A program made the translations under genes and the position numbers. This document shows, piece by piece, positions 62,361 to 64,000 of a stretch of DNA of 64,000 bases. The notes under the pieces are model-generated. The model saw only the letters and a program-made list of their open reading frames with translations, made no database searches and was not told the DNA's origin. Each line of letters opens with the position of its first letter. The stretch's first letter is position 1. Source of the stretch: Saccostrea cucullata (taxonomy: Eukaryota); the NCBI RefSeq assembly GCF_032062105.1, contig NW_026937256.1, positions 620,001 to 684,000 of the forward strand. The letters are read 5' to 3'.

Positions 62361-62937
62361 TGGGATTTGAACCATGGACCTCTCACATATCAAGTGAGAG
62401 ACATACCCCTACATGTATCCACTTGATTAAATCGTAAATCGTATGCAAACATCACATGATTATATATGAGTTTTAAAATATTAATATATTAGTTAAAATT
62501 TCTAAATTTCAAAAGCTCACACTCATTTGGTACATTAAAATTTAATATTTTACTTCAAAAATCTAAATTATCAAATTTCCAAACAGGTTTTAGAATTTTA
62601 ATGTTTTAGATTTTTGCCTGAAATATTTAAAATTGCAATTTCTAAAAACAATTTTTGTATTCTAAACTGTTGAGTTTTTTAATCTGCTGTTTGTTCAGAA
62701 AGTGTACGCTTAACTGTCCAAACTTCTGAAACATATTTTGATAATTTAAAATTTACTTTAATCTTTTAAATTTCAACTTTCAAACGTTTAAAATTTTTAG
62801 AAATTTAGAAATTTTATTCAAACACTCAAATTTTACTATTCTAAACCACTTTTTACCTTTTGGGTGTTTAGTCAAGTTGCTCCATGGTGTAGGGGTATGT
62901 CTCTCAGTTGACATGTGAGGGATTCCGGCTTCAAATC
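62361..62937. repeat. Pair of divergent tRNA-like (SINE-head-like) sequences: 62361-62415 (-) and 62879-62937 (+)
   Basis: Both read TGTAGGGGTATGTCTCTCA(C/G)TTGA(T/C)ATGTGAG..GG(C)TTCAAATC, with A-box-like, anticodon-arm-like and B-box-like parts. Confidence 0.5.
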
Positions 62938-63199
62938 ATTTTAGAAATTTGAATTAATAAGTATTACACGGACCTCATATACATGTATATATTCACGGTT
63001 GATATTGTCAAAATTTTACACAAAATGCATGGTGTCTAATTAAGCCTTTACTGAACAGTTCGTAGAGATGTAATAAGAATAAAAAGTCCACCGACAACCT
63101 GTATTATACGTAATAACTCTCCACGTGCCTCTAAGCTAAAAATAGTGTCAAGCGGCAATTTTAATACAATAAAATTTATTGTATTGAATAAATACTAAT

Positions 63200-63482
63200 A
63201 AAACAAACGGGATGGTACACCTTGAGAGGGATGAGAGAGGACCTAGGGAGTTTTGATATAAATTTTCATTGCAGAAGCTAAATATCTTCTTGAGATATCG
63301 CCCGGAAACGAAAGTGTTATACACACAGATGGAATGTGGAATGTATAAATTTAAATTTCGACCTTGAACTTTGACCCTTTTACCTCAAAATCAATAGGGG
63401 TCTTCCTTCGGCCACAGAATGGACGAACAGACAGACAGACCCAACTTAATATCCCCCACTTTCAGTGAAAGCGGGGGAAAAA
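63200..63482 (-). mobile_element. Short HINE-type fragment
   Basis: TTGACC motifs, (GACA)n tract, terminal hairpin TCCCCCACTTTC..GAAAGCGGGGGA. Confidence 0.5.
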
Positions 63483-63840
63483 CTGCGAAAGATGGGTTGA
63501 ACCATAAGAAAATGTGTAGCTAACCGTCAACTTGTCGTCAACTGATAATGCGAAAACAGTTTACCACTATAAGTTGAAAATGCTATTCTGAAAATGTTAT
63601 CTCAAAATGTCAGGCAACATATTATTAAACTTTTTTTTTCTTTCGGGATTTATATTTTGTACTTTTTGCTGCTTAAAAAGTACTAGAAGCATTAAAGAAT
63701 CTATTAAATTTGTAGCAATTTCACAATTATCATGGTTTTGATAATTCTTTAGATTGATAATGTATGACACAAAATTAATAATTTGACTCTATGTATGCCC
63801 CTTTTACTCTTTCACTCGAAGAAGGTAAATATTATATTTA

Positions 63841-64000
63841 CGAGGGGTTATTAAAAAGTTCGAGGACTGAGGATATAAAATTAGTACTATGTAGTCTGTG
63901 CTTTCAAAATTTCTTTGGAACATAAAACAACAACAACAAAATAAAAAAATAAAGAAATATTGAAAATTTTAGCTTAATACGTTCATTATTTGCCAAATTA
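63841..64000 (+). mobile_element. Probable mariner left end running off the window
   Basis: TA|CGAGGGGTTATTAAAAAGTT resembles mariner TIR starts; the partner TIR is not visible. Confidence 0.4.

Noticed and set aside
62361-62937. Functional tRNA-Ile(GAT) or tRNA-Val(GAC) genes
   Set aside because: No acceptor stem and degenerate arms; these anticodons are atypical for eukaryotes.

Overview
AT-rich, intron-containing animal genomic DNA. The repeat families (Helentron/HINE elements with ~160-bp internal satellites, Penelope-like, CR1/L2, RTE, mariner, Harbinger) point to a bivalve mollusc, probably an oyster (inference). Host genes reconstructed by hand from splice sites and reading phase: (1) 5' end of liprin-alpha (-); (2) a membrane-anchor + TIR gene split by a frameshift (+); (3) a divergent R-SNARE/VAMP (+); (4) a 97-aa secreted prepropeptide with one PLAC/ShK-like six-Cys domain (+); (5) a 465-aa three-exon protein with two tandem DUF442/Blh-like domains, only the second keeping the C-x4-R loop (-); (6) an unassigned 321-aa S/R/P-rich ORF (-); (7) a 285-aa double hot-dog, acyl-ACP-thioesterase-like protein (+). 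A complete but inactivated 11.7-kb Harbinger (CAG TSD, two convergent spliced genes, nested elements) sits about 20 nt from a splice acceptor of gene 5. Other structures: a 43-bp minisatellite carrying donor, branch-point and acceptor motifs; a self-nested HINE; a patchwork duplication preserving an empty HINE site; and a Penelope>CR1>mariner nest. Family assignments come from motif recognition, not database searches.
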